Position numbers and translations under genes: made by a program
The notes under the pieces: model-generated
Databases searched by the model: none
Seen by the model: only the letters and a program-made list of their open reading frames with translations
What the model was told of the DNA's origin: nothing
Origin: Limisphaerales bacterium
GTDB lineage: Bacteria; Verrucomicrobiota; Verrucomicrobiia; Limisphaerales; SIBE01
Reading direction: 5' to 3'
Assembly: GCA_044225505.1 (NCBI GenBank)
Contig: JBGAIN010000002.1
Coordinates: 124,001-175,793, forward strand
DNA: 51,793 bases
In this document: positions 18,942 through 29,143 of the stretch, one piece after another
Position numbering within the stretch: position 1 is the stretch's first letter
Layout: each line of letters begins with the position of its first letter

Positions 18942-19919
18942 CTACGCGGCGCGCAATCGCTGCAAGGCCACTTGAATAGGCCGCTCCGCATTCAGATTTA
19001 GCTCCAGCCGCAAATACCCACCATCCTTGAGCAGATCGATGCCCGACAAGGCCGGGCAAAGCCGCACGTTGAACCCGCGCCAGTGACGCGCGTCGTGGAG
19101 CGCCATGCTCATGCGCCGGACGGAGTTTCCCAAGAAGTGAATCGCGGGCATGCCCGAGAGCAAGCGGCTCTTCCACAAAAAGAGGGAGGAATGTAAATGC
19201 CCGATAATCGTTAATTCGACTTGAGCCAATCGGGGTCGCAGCGCTTCCTCGCGCCACAGAAATGGCAAAGCGGTGGGATCATGACAAAACAGAATGACTC
19301 GACGATCGGAGGACAGAGCCTCGAAAGAGTCCTGAATTGAGCGCAGATGATGGAGACGAAGCTGCTGCCATTGCTCCCTCTCCGATGGAAGCGTCTCCGG
19401 TTCGTAGACCGGCAATGCCAACAACGACGAGGTAACGCCAATCAACCGGTAGCGCCCGATATCCCAAGTCCAAAACGGCTCAACCCCGAGGGTTGGCGTT
19501 AGTCGTGACCAACTTTGGATGCGCAATCCGCCTTGGTTCCCGAACAGACTCATTTTGCCCAATTCGTGGTCGCCCACGACGCAACGGAGGTGGCCTTGGT
19601 AACGCTCGCGAAGCTTGCCGAGGCAAAGACGAGCACTTTCAAGACAAGCATTATCGCCAAGGCCAACGAATGCGGAATCGCACGAGTAGTCTCCATTCGC
19701 GACCACGTAGTCCGCATCGCCAGCTTGCGCAATGAACTGGTCCAACAGGAGATTGTTGTCGAATGGATGCCGGCGCCAAACGTAATTCCGGTAAATCTTA
19801 ACCAGCAACCGGAGCAGAGGGTTGCGAATAATCTCGAATTCTGGAGAACCGCGCTTCTGTTCTGTAGGCCCAGCGTAATGGATGTCACTAACAACGAGAA
19901 TGGATTGCGTCGTCCGCAC
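18942..19919 (-). CDS. Metallophosphoesterase (calcineurin-like)
   Basis: SDIHY, NGDYS, GDHE, CHDP and GHLH. Confidence 0.85.
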   Translation of the reverse strand: MRTTQSILVVSDIHYAGPTEQKRGSPEFEIIRNPLLRLLVKIYRNYVWRRHPFDNNLLLDQFIAQAGDADYVVANGDYSCDSAFVGLGDNACLESARLCLGKLRERYQGHLRCVVGDHELGKMSLFGNQGGLRIQSWSRLTPTLGVEPFWTWDIGRYRLIGVTSSLLALPVYEPETLPSEREQWQQLRLHHLRSIQDSFEALSSDRRVILFCHDPTALPFLWREEALRPRLAQVELTIIGHLHSSLFLWKSRLLSGMPAIHFLGNSVRRMSMALHDARHWRGFNVRLCPALSGIDLLKDGGYLRLELNLNAERPIQVALQRLRAA

Positions 19920-20046
19920 GCGGTTCGGCTAGCCGCCGCGGCAAGAATGGCCAGGGGCAGCCGCAAGCCCAAACGACCGGGAGACTCGCCCCCTCGCAAG
20001 ATGCGACGGAAAAGGCCCGTTGGAAACAACCCTGAGCATCACTCGC

Positions 20047-21198
20047 TTAGCGTGTCATGATTTTCTCGGAAGCACCCAAGGGGAAGAGCGCACGAAATGT
20101 GGACCCTTCGTTAACGCGACTTTCCACACTCAGCTTGCCGCGATGCTCCATGATGATGCGCCGGGTGATCGCCAAGCCCAGCCCGGTCCCTTGGGGTTTA
20201 GTACTGAAAAACGGCTCGAACAAGCGGCTCAAATTTTCGGGTGGAATCCCGCTTCCGGTGTCCGTGACGGAAACTTGCAACCATTTTACGCGAGCGCCGC
20301 CTTCGACCTCCGTAAGCTCCGTGGAAACGCTGAGCTGCCCCTTCGGACTCATCGCCGCCAGGGCGTTCAAGAAAATGTTCAGGAACGCCTGCTCGAGCTG
20401 GTAATCATCGCCTTCGATGCGATCTGGACGAGCCGTGAATGAACGGCGCAACCGGATTTCTTTGGTTTCCAATTGAGGCTGAATCAAGCGCAGGGAATGA
20501 TCCAGAATCCGATGCACACTCACGGGCGCAAAGGTGGGTTTCGCCGGGCCGGAAAACTTAAGCATCTGACTCACGATGGAATCGACTCGCCGCATTTCCC
20601 GACTGACCAAGCTGGCTAGTTCGGAGTCTTTATTCCGCTGAATCAAGTCCTCGACAAAGGTCGTGATGGCGACCAGGGCGTTCTTGATCTCGTGCGCCAT
20701 ACTGGCCGACAACGTTCCGATACTCGCCAAGCGGTCCAGGCGTTGCATGTTGAACGACAACTCGTGGATCGCTGTAAGATCGTTGATAATAAAAATCGCC
20801 GTCTCGACCTCTCCGTTTGCGTTGAGGGCAAGCGATGAGCTAACTCGACAAGCGAAATCCGTCCCTTCGCGGTCTCGCAGCACTAAGCCTCGTTGCGCTG
20901 AGCTCTTTTTCTCGGCGAGAATCTGCTGGAGCGTATCCTTAAGCGGAAGCGGCAGCGATTGATAAGGACTTCCCAGAACGGTGGAAGGCTCGATGCCAGT
21001 CAAGCGTTGAGCGTGCGGATCGAACACGACCACCAAGCCTGCGGCATTGGTGGCAATGACACCGTAGGAGACCGACTCGCGAAGAAGCTCAGCTCCGCCC
21101 GCAGCATCGGTCTCCTGGGATGATCCAACCTGGTTCATTGCTTTTTCGCACCCATCTGATGCCCCGATCTCGGGGTCCACCCTCTCCCCTTCACGCAA
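20047..21198 (-). CDS. Cytoplasmic PAS-domain sensor histidine kinase
   Basis: PAS-like N-terminus, AHEIKNAL, NIFLNA, DTGSG and GTGLGL. Start may be ATG 21138. Confidence 0.92.
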   Translation of the reverse strand: MREGERVDPEIGASDGCEKAMNQVGSSQETDAAGGAELLRESVSYGVIATNAAGLVVVFDPHAQRLTGIEPSTVLGSPYQSLPLPLKDTLQQILAEKKSSAQRGLVLRDREGTDFACRVSSSLALNANGEVETAIFIINDLTAIHELSFNMQRLDRLASIGTLSASMAHEIKNALVAITTFVEDLIQRNKDSELASLVSREMRRVDSIVSQMLKFSGPAKPTFAPVSVHRILDHSLRLIQPQLETKEIRLRRSFTARPDRIEGDDYQLEQAFLNIFLNALAAMSPKGQLSVSTELTEVEGGARVKWLQVSVTDTGSGIPPENLSRLFEPFFSTKPQGTGLGLAITRRIIMEHRGKLSVESRVNEGSTFRALFPLGASEKIMTR

Positions 21199-21430
21199 AC
21201 AGAAATTTCATGAGCGTCACGGGCAACCTACCCAAGGTACATAGCGAAGATTGCCTGTATTCACAACGAAAAAGAGCTTTCCGTTCGGGATTGTCACAAA
21301 CGTCTCGTTATTGTACAATATGCCTCAGATTAGGTCGTTACCATGCTGCCAGAAGCCTGAGTAGCAAGCACATAGTTCAGGATGAGCGTTCTCAATCGAT
21401 TGGCATCCTGGAAGCTAGAGGCGTCCAGGT

Positions 21431-22315
21431 GTGAGGACCTGCTTGGAGCGTGTGACGATTGAGTCGCTAAGTGAACGCTTGGCGGGCACATTGTTTTGTC
21501 CAAGCACGAATGAAAGGTTGCCAGCGGTGCTCATTTGCCATGGCGCGGGCGACTTCAAAGAAAATTACTTCGAGTTAGCCGAGTTTCTGAGCGACCGTGG
21601 CATTGCCAGCCTGGCGCTAGACATGCATGGCCACGGCGAAAGCGGTGGCGAGCGCTTCCACGTGGGAATGCACGAATGGATCGCAGATGTCCGTGCTGGC
21701 ATCGGCTTTCTTGCTACTCACGATCGTATTGACGGTCAACGGCTGGGTGCATTTGGATTGTCGTCGGGCGGCACCGCGATTCTGGAGGCGGCACTGGTAG
21801 AACCTCGGTTGCGTGCGTTGGTCGCCCTGGACGCAACGGTACGCACTTCGATGCCGTTTAGTTTTCTAGTCTTCTTGAAGATACTGTTGCTGATCGGGAA
21901 AATGAAAAAGCAGTTCACTCAATTGGATCTACGCGTGCCCTTGGCAAGAATGATGGGGGGAATACGACTGGTCTCGGATCCTCACGTCGAAAACCGCTTG
22001 CGCTCGGACCCCAAGACTCTGCAGGCTTTCATGGCATTTCCTTTTCCAGGAGCAGCAGATTCGTTTTTTGTTAATACCATTGAGCGCGTCGGCAAGGTGA
22101 CCGCTCCGACGTTGGTGCTTTGGGGAGCAGAAGACGAACTAGACCCTCCAGAGACTGGCCGACTCTTGTATGAAGCTCTGAGTTGCCATAAGAAGCTGCG
22201 TATTGTCCCTGGAAACGGACATCTCGGTCACTTAGACCGCAACAAACAAGAGGTTTTCACGTCGACTTCCGATTGGATTCTCGAACACCTTCAATCGGAA
22301 GGAGCCTCCCGATGA
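21431..22315 (+). CDS. Alpha/beta-fold hydrolase (esterase/lysophospholipase-like)
   Basis: ICHGAG, DMHGHGES, GLSSGG nucleophile elbow, GAEDEL and GNGH. Confidence 0.9.
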   Translation: MRTCLERVTIESLSERLAGTLFCPSTNERLPAVLICHGAGDFKENYFELAEFLSDRGIASLALDMHGHGESGGERFHVGMHEWIADVRAGIGFLATHDRIDGQRLGAFGLSSGGTAILEAALVEPRLRALVALDATVRTSMPFSFLVFLKILLLIGKMKKQFTQLDLRVPLARMMGGIRLVSDPHVENRLRSDPKTLQAFMAFPFPGAADSFFVNTIERVGKVTAPTLVLWGAEDELDPPETGRLLYEALSCHKKLRIVPGNGHLGHLDRNKQEVFTSTSDWILEHLQSEGASR

Positions 22316-23463
22316 CTAGGGACAAGTACATTACTGGGGAAGCGGCGAAGGGTTTGAGCAGCGAGGAAAAGTGGCAATTGCTCTCTCCGTTCCTCAAGAA
22401 TTACGGGACCCAATCCCTTGCTTACGCCACGCTGCAACAGGGAATGGAATACTTTATCCACGAGACAGGCTACATCGCTTACAACTCAGTGGTTCATCCC
22501 GTGTTAGCGCGCAAACCCCGACGCGTTTCGCTTTCCGATCCGATATGCGCCCCGGAAGATTATCAGAGAATTATTAAGGCCTTCCTCGCGGCCGATCCTT
22601 ACGCATCGTTTGGCGTGATCTCCGAGCCGTGCGCAGAAGTGTTACGTGGAATTGGCTTCAAGGTGAATTGTCTGGGGTATGAACCCGAGATCCACATCCC
22701 CACCTACAACACCCAAGGAAATTGGAAGGAACTCGACCTCATCAAGCGAGCTCGCAATGAAGCTAAGAGAGAGGGGATTCTCATTCGAGAGGAGCCGATT
22801 GAGCGGCTCAGCAAGCCAGAACTTAACGAAATCTCCTCGCGATGGATTCAGAACAAGAAAGTCAACGACCGAGAAATTTGGATCTACGCACGCCGTCCCG
22901 TTTTTGAAACCGAACCGGATGTCCGCAAGTTCGTCGCTTTTGACAAAACCGGCTGCATTGCCGGATTTGCATTTTACGATCCAATGTACCGAGACGGCAA
23001 AGTTTTTGGCTATTCTTCCAATATCTCGAGATGCGACGAAGAGCGTTTTGGAAAACTTTCAACCGCCATCCACATGTGCGCGATTGAGCAGTTTCGGTCG
23101 GAAGGGAAGCAGGTCCTCAATCTGCTGCTTGCCCCTTTCAGTAAATTGGAAATCGGCAAATACAACGACGATTTGGGCGTCAAACTCTTCTTCCGAATTA
23201 GCGAAAGATTCGGCAACAACATTTATAACTTCAAGGGCCTTTCGTTCCATAAGTCGAAATACCGAGGTATCGAAAGGCCGCTGTATTTTGCCTCCAACAG
23301 GCTACTGCCAACCAACGACATTTACCTCGCGTTCCGGGCTGCCGATATCACCCGGAACTATTTCGCCGTCCTAGCCAAGCTCTTTGTCGGTTTCTGCTCC
23401 GCCGTATTCTCGAAAAACGACCGGGAAACCAAGCAAACGCGTCCAGTGCCTTCAAATCCATGA
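22312..23463 (+). CDS. Stand-alone DUF2156 (MprF/LPG synthase C-terminal) aminoacyl-tRNA-dependent transferase
   Basis: SDPICA, RARNEAKREG, LNLLLAPF and YNFKGLSFHKSKY resemble the MprF synthase domain; no flippase TM region; ATGA overlap at 22312. Confidence 0.8.
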   Translation: MTRDKYITGEAAKGLSSEEKWQLLSPFLKNYGTQSLAYATLQQGMEYFIHETGYIAYNSVVHPVLARKPRRVSLSDPICAPEDYQRIIKAFLAADPYASFGVISEPCAEVLRGIGFKVNCLGYEPEIHIPTYNTQGNWKELDLIKRARNEAKREGILIREEPIERLSKPELNEISSRWIQNKKVNDREIWIYARRPVFETEPDVRKFVAFDKTGCIAGFAFYDPMYRDGKVFGYSSNISRCDEERFGKLSTAIHMCAIEQFRSEGKQVLNLLLAPFSKLEIGKYNDDLGVKLFFRISERFGNNIYNFKGLSFHKSKYRGIERPLYFASNRLLPTNDIYLAFRAADITRNYFAVLAKLFVGFCSAVFSKNDRETKQTRPVPSNP

Positions 23464-24911
23464 ACCCCCCCATTTGGCGTGATCGACCTGAAAAGCGTCG
23501 ATTCGGGATGTTACTCGCATCCATTCTATCCCTCTTGCCTTCGGTTATCTGCCACGGCCAGTCGGAATCCACGGCAACTGCGTCCTCTTCTCCTGGCTGG
23601 AGTGAACGTGTAAAGCAGTTGCTAATGAGAGACTACATGCTCGGCGACTGGGGAGGTGTGCGCTCCGACCTATCACGTCGTGGTGTTGATTTTGAGTTCT
23701 ACTACGCCGGGATCGTTCCTTCAAACACCTCAGGAGGGCTCAAGCATGGCTCCGTTTACGAGGGGATTCTGATGCTCACACTCGACCTCGACTCGGAGAA
23801 ACTCGTCGGCTACGAAGGAGGGCATTTTCATGCGGGGTCGCTATGGCTCCACAGCGGCCCAAGCTTTTCTAAAAACTATGTTGGAGACTTAAACGTCGTC
23901 AGTCTCCTGGATTTCAACGACAGTTTTCGGCTCTGGGAACTTTGGTACCAGCAGCAATTCTTTGATCACAGAATATCTCTCAAATTTGGGCAGATGGCGA
24001 TCGATCGAGATTTTATTTTGCCAGAGCTTTACGGCACTCTCGGAACGATCAGTTTCCTCAATCAAACTTTCTTCTACCCGACGCTGGCATTCAACGTCTA
24101 CGATGTCCCGGGCTTTCCGACGGGCTACCATGCGCTCGGTTCGACTCCCTACGGAACTCCAGGCGTCTTACTGCGATGGGATCCTAACCCGCACTTCTAT
24201 ACCCAGGCAGCTGTTTACGACGGAAATCCAGACAGGAGTTACTCTGGCACCCGAGTCAACTTGAACAATCAAGAAGGCGCGTTAGCCTATGCCGAAGCTG
24301 GGTATCGTTTGCATCCAGGCCCGAAGGCCCAGGGTTTGCCCGGCGTCTACAAAGTCGGCGCCTTTTTCCATACGGATGACTTCGCGGACGCGGGCGACAG
24401 CACAACCGAACTGATCGGCCAAGCGATCGGACTCCCGCCATCCCGTCCCAGGAATCATTCGGGCAATTACGGTGTTTACGCCCTCGCCGAACAAATGGTC
24501 TACCGCGAACCGGGCGATCCAGAAGCTCCACGCCAGGGACTCGTCTCTTTTCTTCGTGCAGCCGCAGCGCCCGGGGACCGGAACTTGACAGAGCTTGAGC
24601 TTGCCGGAGGCTTGGTCTACACTGGCCTGATTCCAACGCGCGAGTACGACACGTTGGGGATTGCCGCTTCCTATTTGCGCGCCAGCACGAAAATCCGTGA
24701 CGCTGTCCGCGAAGCCAATGACACGTACGGAATCGGCTTGCCTCTCCCTGATTCAGAAACCGTTCTCGAAGTGAGCTACAAAGCTCAACTGGCCGCTTGG
24801 TGGACGCTGCAACCGAGCTTACAATGGGTAATTCATCCGGGTGCCCGGCTTTCCGGTGCTGCAATTCCCGATGCTTTGGTGTTCTCGATCCTGACCACGC
24901 TTCGCCTCTAA
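23460..24911 (+). CDS. OprB-family carbohydrate-selective porin
   Basis: MLGDWGGVRSDL, FRLWELWYQQ, LKFGQ, ETVLEVSY and LQPSLQWVIHPG. Confidence 0.9.
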   Translation: MNPPIWRDRPEKRRFGMLLASILSLLPSVICHGQSESTATASSSPGWSERVKQLLMRDYMLGDWGGVRSDLSRRGVDFEFYYAGIVPSNTSGGLKHGSVYEGILMLTLDLDSEKLVGYEGGHFHAGSLWLHSGPSFSKNYVGDLNVVSLLDFNDSFRLWELWYQQQFFDHRISLKFGQMAIDRDFILPELYGTLGTISFLNQTFFYPTLAFNVYDVPGFPTGYHALGSTPYGTPGVLLRWDPNPHFYTQAAVYDGNPDRSYSGTRVNLNNQEGALAYAEAGYRLHPGPKAQGLPGVYKVGAFFHTDDFADAGDSTTELIGQAIGLPPSRPRNHSGNYGVYALAEQMVYREPGDPEAPRQGLVSFLRAAAAPGDRNLTELELAGGLVYTGLIPTREYDTLGIAASYLRASTKIRDAVREANDTYGIGLPLPDSETVLEVSYKAQLAAWWTLQPSLQWVIHPGARLSGAAIPDALVFSILTTLRL

Positions 24912-25031
24912 TTAACGTTCACAAAAGGACCTCACCGGCCGCCGCAAAACGCATCACAAGGCTGAATTGAGTTTGTATGACGTCTTTGGAAGTTGTTGAG
25001 GCAAGGATCTGGACACCGTTGTTCAACCGAT

Positions 25032-26441
25032 ATGGACCATCTGACCAGTCAAGCCTGTAACGCTTCGTTTTCGATCTGCAACGGTGTCTCCCTGACCGCT
25101 CAGGTGGTGAAGCTCGGCCCATTGGCAGTCACCCTTGAAATCTTTCACCCCGAACTGGTCATTCAGAGCTCAGAAGTCCTCAACGAATTTGAGATCGTTC
25201 TCGCCGAACGCTCCATCTACAAAGGACGCGGCGTGTGTCTCGGTGTCGTGAATGTTGGTGCCCAGTGGACGTGCGAAGTCGAATTGGAGCATCCCGGGAT
25301 TCCCCCCGATGCTTTCGGCACCTCTCGGCTCGAAGACCAAATCAATGGGTTCATGGGGGTGTGGCATGATTCTTACCGAATCCTCCCTGAATACAAGATC
25401 GCCGTCGCGGATCTGCGAACATTCCTGGATGATCTCCGCCTGTGGATGGAGCAAGTAGAGCTCACGATTCGTTCGATGCCGGCCGGCGATCGTTTCCAGC
25501 GAGAACAAGAAACACTCGAAAAAATCGGACGGCCAATCCTCCCGGTGATTGATAGATTCTTCGAAACTTTCGAGTCCCTTGTGCCAAAAATCGACCCTGA
25601 GCGGCGTCCGTACTATCAGGCCTATCTTAAGCGACATCTCCATCCCTTGGTCTTGTGCTCTCCTTTTGCCTATCGGACATTCGCCAAGCCAATGGGATAT
25701 GCAGGAGATTATGAAATGGTGAACATGATCACACGCAATCCCTTTGAGGGTAGCAGCATGTTCGCAAAGCTCGTCAATTGCTGGTTCTTGGAACAGCCGC
25801 CAGCCGCTGCCCACCGCAATCGATTGCTTCATTTGAAAAGCGTTATCCTAAACGAGACCGCTCGGGTTAAAGCCTTGGGACGTGCTGCTCGCGTCTTGAA
25901 TGTGGCTTGCGGCCCCGCGGTTGAGATTCTGCGTTTCATGACGGAACACGCGGCAGCTGATCATTGTCATTTCGATCTCTTGGATTTCAACGAAGAAACT
26001 CTCTCGCAAGCTCGTAAGGCAATGGAGGAATGCCGGCGGCGCTACAGCCGTTTGACGACGTTCCACTTTATTAATCAGCCGGTCCATCAACTCATCAAAC
26101 AGTCTTCCAAGACCGTGGAACGGCCCGTCGAGAAGCAGTACGATCTCATCTACTGCGCTGGGCTTTTCGATTACCTGACAGATCCAGTCTGTCAAAGATT
26201 GACCTCGTTGCTTTACAGCTGGCTGACACCCGGTGGGTTGCTGACCCTAACCAATGTCCACCCTTCAAATCCGCTTCGCTACGGAATGGAGCATCTGTTG
26301 GACTGGCACCTCGTCTATCGAGACAAGACTCGGTTCTCCAATCTGAAGCCGATGCAGGTTAAAGCTGATGAAGTCCACGTCAGCTCAGAGATGACCGGGG
26401 TGAACCTCTTCTTCGACGTTCGACGCAATGGCTCTGTTTGA
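25032..26441 (+). CDS. Class I SAM-dependent methyltransferase, PhcB-like (3-OH fatty acid methyl ester signal synthase)
   Basis: KPMGYAGDYEMVN, AHRNR, VLNVACGPA, LLDFNEET and YDLIYCAGLFDYL; overlaps a downstream sensor kinase. The PhcB assignment is from recalled family motifs and synteny. Confidence 0.75.
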   Translation: MDHLTSQACNASFSICNGVSLTAQVVKLGPLAVTLEIFHPELVIQSSEVLNEFEIVLAERSIYKGRGVCLGVVNVGAQWTCEVELEHPGIPPDAFGTSRLEDQINGFMGVWHDSYRILPEYKIAVADLRTFLDDLRLWMEQVELTIRSMPAGDRFQREQETLEKIGRPILPVIDRFFETFESLVPKIDPERRPYYQAYLKRHLHPLVLCSPFAYRTFAKPMGYAGDYEMVNMITRNPFEGSSMFAKLVNCWFLEQPPAAAHRNRLLHLKSVILNETARVKALGRAARVLNVACGPAVEILRFMTEHAAADHCHFDLLDFNEETLSQARKAMEECRRRYSRLTTFHFINQPVHQLIKQSSKTVERPVEKQYDLIYCAGLFDYLTDPVCQRLTSLLYSWLTPGGLLTLTNVHPSNPLRYGMEHLLDWHLVYRDKTRFSNLKPMQVKADEVHVSSEMTGVNLFFDVRRNGSV

Positions 26442-29133
26442 ACAGCCGCTTCCGGACGATGCCGCGTTCCGAACGGCATGGTTCGCCCACGAGCAGCAAG
26501 AGCGGATCAATACCGGAAAGATCGCTGCTGCGTTGGTGGTTTTCTTAATGCCGGCCGGAGTGATCCTTGAGCTCTGCTACGGCCCGACCCATACGCATTT
26601 TGGATCCTTCCTACTTTCGCGTCTCCTCTGCTCTGGGTTGGCCGCTGGCATCTGGTTCTTGCTCAATACGGAGTTTGGACAACGGCACTATCGATATCTG
26701 GGCCTGCCGATTGCTTGGCTACCAGCTGCGTTCATTTGCTGGATGATCTATGTAACTGAAGGGGCCAAATCACCATACTATGCAGGGCTCAACTTGATCC
26801 TTCTGGCGGTAAGCGCGGTTGTGCATTGGAGCACTCGCGAATCCATTTTTGCCGTTGTCGGGGTCATGGGAATGTACGGTCTAAGCTGCTTCGGTGCGCG
26901 AGAAAGAGATGGTGAAATGGGCGGTTGGAGCTTTATTCTAAACCTCTATTTTATCACCCTGACCGGGATCATTGTTGTTGTTGGCAATTCCGTATTTAAC
27001 CGGCTCCGCTTGCGAGAATTCGGCCTTCGCTACCAGCTTGACCAGAACCGCCAGAAGTTGGAGGAAAGTCATGAAAAGCTCGTCGAGTTAGATCGGGTGA
27101 AGAGCCGGTTCTTCGCCAATATCAGTCATGAATTACGCACGCCGCTCACCCTTCTCTTAGCTCCGCTGGAGAGTCTGATTCACCGCGCCGGACGGTCCAT
27201 CAACGATCCGGGACACGAACTTCTGCTAACCATGCGCTCCAACGGCATGCGACTGCTGAAACTGATCAACGACCTGCTCGACTTAGTCAGGCTTGAATCC
27301 GGGCGCATGGAACTTCGCATGGAACCCCTCGAAATCAGCGAGTTCCTCAAAGGCCTGGCCAGCTCCGCTCGACAAGTAGCCAATGACAAGCGAATCCAGT
27401 TGGAGACAACCGTTGACCCTGCTCTCGGCACGGTCGCCGTTGATCGCGACAAGATGGAGAAGATCATCCTGAACCTGGTGTTCAACGCACTGAAGTTCAC
27501 CCCGGCCGGCGGAAGAGTCTCAGTCCGCGCCGAAAAGGAAGCCGAAGAAATGATCTTGACTGTCAGCGATACAGGCATGGGGATCGCCGAAAAGAACCTG
27601 CCGTTCATCTTCGACAGATTCTGGCAAGCTGACACATCTTCAAAACGGAAATATCAAGGTGTCGGGATTGGCCTGGCCCTCGTGAAGGAATTGGTGGAAT
27701 TGCATGGAGGCCAAGTCGCGGTGACCAGCGAAGAGGGAAAAGGCACGACGTTTACACTACGAATGCCTTACCGGCGCGCGGATGTGATAACGCCCTCTCC
27801 CGCGCAGCACCAGCCAGAGCCGCAAGCGGCAGAGTCTCCGGACACATCAGGCCAAGTCCGATCAGAAGAGTGGCTGGTCAATTTGTACCGACGCGCCGAA
27901 CTGTTTCCCGCGCTTACACCGGTGCAGGAGAGCTTGCGCCCGGTGGAAACGTGGAGTAACAGCAAGCGGCCGAGATTGCTCATCGCGGACGACGAGCCCG
28001 ACATGCTGCGCTTTCTGAAATCGCAGCTTGGGACCGAGTATCAGGTATTGGAAGCCGTCGATGGCCAGCAAGCCATTGAGAAAGCCTGCCAGTTTCTGCC
28101 GGATATGATCCTGCTGGACATGATGATGCCGGAGAAGGATGGGCTGCAGGCTTGTCAGGAATTGCGGGAGCGAACTCCCACTCAAAGTATCCCGATCGTG
28201 CTGCTCACCGCCCGTGCCGATGAAGAAACAAAACTGGCGGCGCTAAAAGCCGGGGCCAGTGATTTTCTGGCCAAACCATTTTCCACAACGGAATTGCATG
28301 TCCGAATCAAGAATCTCGTCGAAATGCACGAATACCAGCGCAAGCTCACCAAACAAAACCAAGTCCTGGAACGGACGATCGAACAGTTGAAAGACACGGA
28401 AAGTCAGCTAGTGGAAAGCGAAAAGATGCGATCGTTAGGCCAACTGAGCGCCGGCCTGATTCACGAGATCAACAATCCGCTTAATTTCGCCACGACCGGG
28501 CTCTATGCCTTGCGGGGTAAAGAACAGCATTTCTCGGAAACGGAACGTCCGGAGTACCTCGAAATCCTCGCGGACGTGGAAGACGGAGTGAAGCGAGTCA
28601 AGGATCTCGTCTCAAAGATGCGCGAATATTCGTATGCGGATAATAAGCATCTGGAAGAGGTCGAGGTGTCGCAAGTCGTGAATTCAGCATTGCGTTTCCT
28701 GAGCCATGAATGGAAGGATAAGGTGGATATCAAGCAGGACCTGGCCCCAGGCCAACGCATCTGCGCGAACAAAAACCGGATGACCCAGGTGCTGCTGAAT
28801 TTGTTGCAGAACTCGGTGGACGCCCTGAGCCATAAGGCGTTTGACAACGAAAAACCGAGCATCTGGATTATCGGTCGGGTCGATGCGGAGCGGAGTATGT
28901 TGACCATTCGCGATAACGGAACTGGAATCGATCCGGAGCATATGGACAAAATTTTCGATCCGTTTTTTACGACCAAGGATGTGGGGCAAGGAATGGGGTT
29001 GGGCCTGAGCATCTGCTATCGTATTGTTCAAGACTCGGGAGGTCGTATTCACGTCAAAAGCGAAGTCGGAAAGTTTTGCGAGTTCCGCCTCGAATTCCCG
29101 GTGAAGAACCCTGTGACGGCTGCGGCCGCTTGA
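26428..29133 (+). CDS. Hybrid membrane sensor kinase (TM, HisKA, HATPase, REC, HisKA, HATPase), PhcS-like
   Basis: Multi-TM sensor with SPYYAGLNL; SHELRTPL, receiver IADDE...LLDMMMP, second H-box IHEINNPL, and both G-box sets intact. Confidence 0.9.
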   Translation: MALFEQPLPDDAAFRTAWFAHEQQERINTGKIAAALVVFLMPAGVILELCYGPTHTHFGSFLLSRLLCSGLAAGIWFLLNTEFGQRHYRYLGLPIAWLPAAFICWMIYVTEGAKSPYYAGLNLILLAVSAVVHWSTRESIFAVVGVMGMYGLSCFGARERDGEMGGWSFILNLYFITLTGIIVVVGNSVFNRLRLREFGLRYQLDQNRQKLEESHEKLVELDRVKSRFFANISHELRTPLTLLLAPLESLIHRAGRSINDPGHELLLTMRSNGMRLLKLINDLLDLVRLESGRMELRMEPLEISEFLKGLASSARQVANDKRIQLETTVDPALGTVAVDRDKMEKIILNLVFNALKFTPAGGRVSVRAEKEAEEMILTVSDTGMGIAEKNLPFIFDRFWQADTSSKRKYQGVGIGLALVKELVELHGGQVAVTSEEGKGTTFTLRMPYRRADVITPSPAQHQPEPQAAESPDTSGQVRSEEWLVNLYRRAELFPALTPVQESLRPVETWSNSKRPRLLIADDEPDMLRFLKSQLGTEYQVLEAVDGQQAIEKACQFLPDMILLDMMMPEKDGLQACQELRERTPTQSIPIVLLTARADEETKLAALKAGASDFLAKPFSTTELHVRIKNLVEMHEYQRKLTKQNQVLERTIEQLKDTESQLVESEKMRSLGQLSAGLIHEINNPLNFATTGLYALRGKEQHFSETERPEYLEILADVEDGVKRVKDLVSKMREYSYADNKHLEEVEVSQVVNSALRFLSHEWKDKVDIKQDLAPGQRICANKNRMTQVLLNLLQNSVDALSHKAFDNEKPSIWIIGRVDAERSMLTIRDNGTGIDPEHMDKIFDPFFTTKDVGQGMGLGLSICYRIVQDSGGRIHVKSEVGKFCEFRLEFPVKNPVTAAAA

Positions 29134-29143
29134 AAGGAACTGT

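Noticed and set aside
21400..21416. Second sigma-54-like element TTGGCATCCTGGAAGCT
   Set aside because: Spacing is right, but the -12 element is poor and the implied TSS falls about 4 nt from the start codon.
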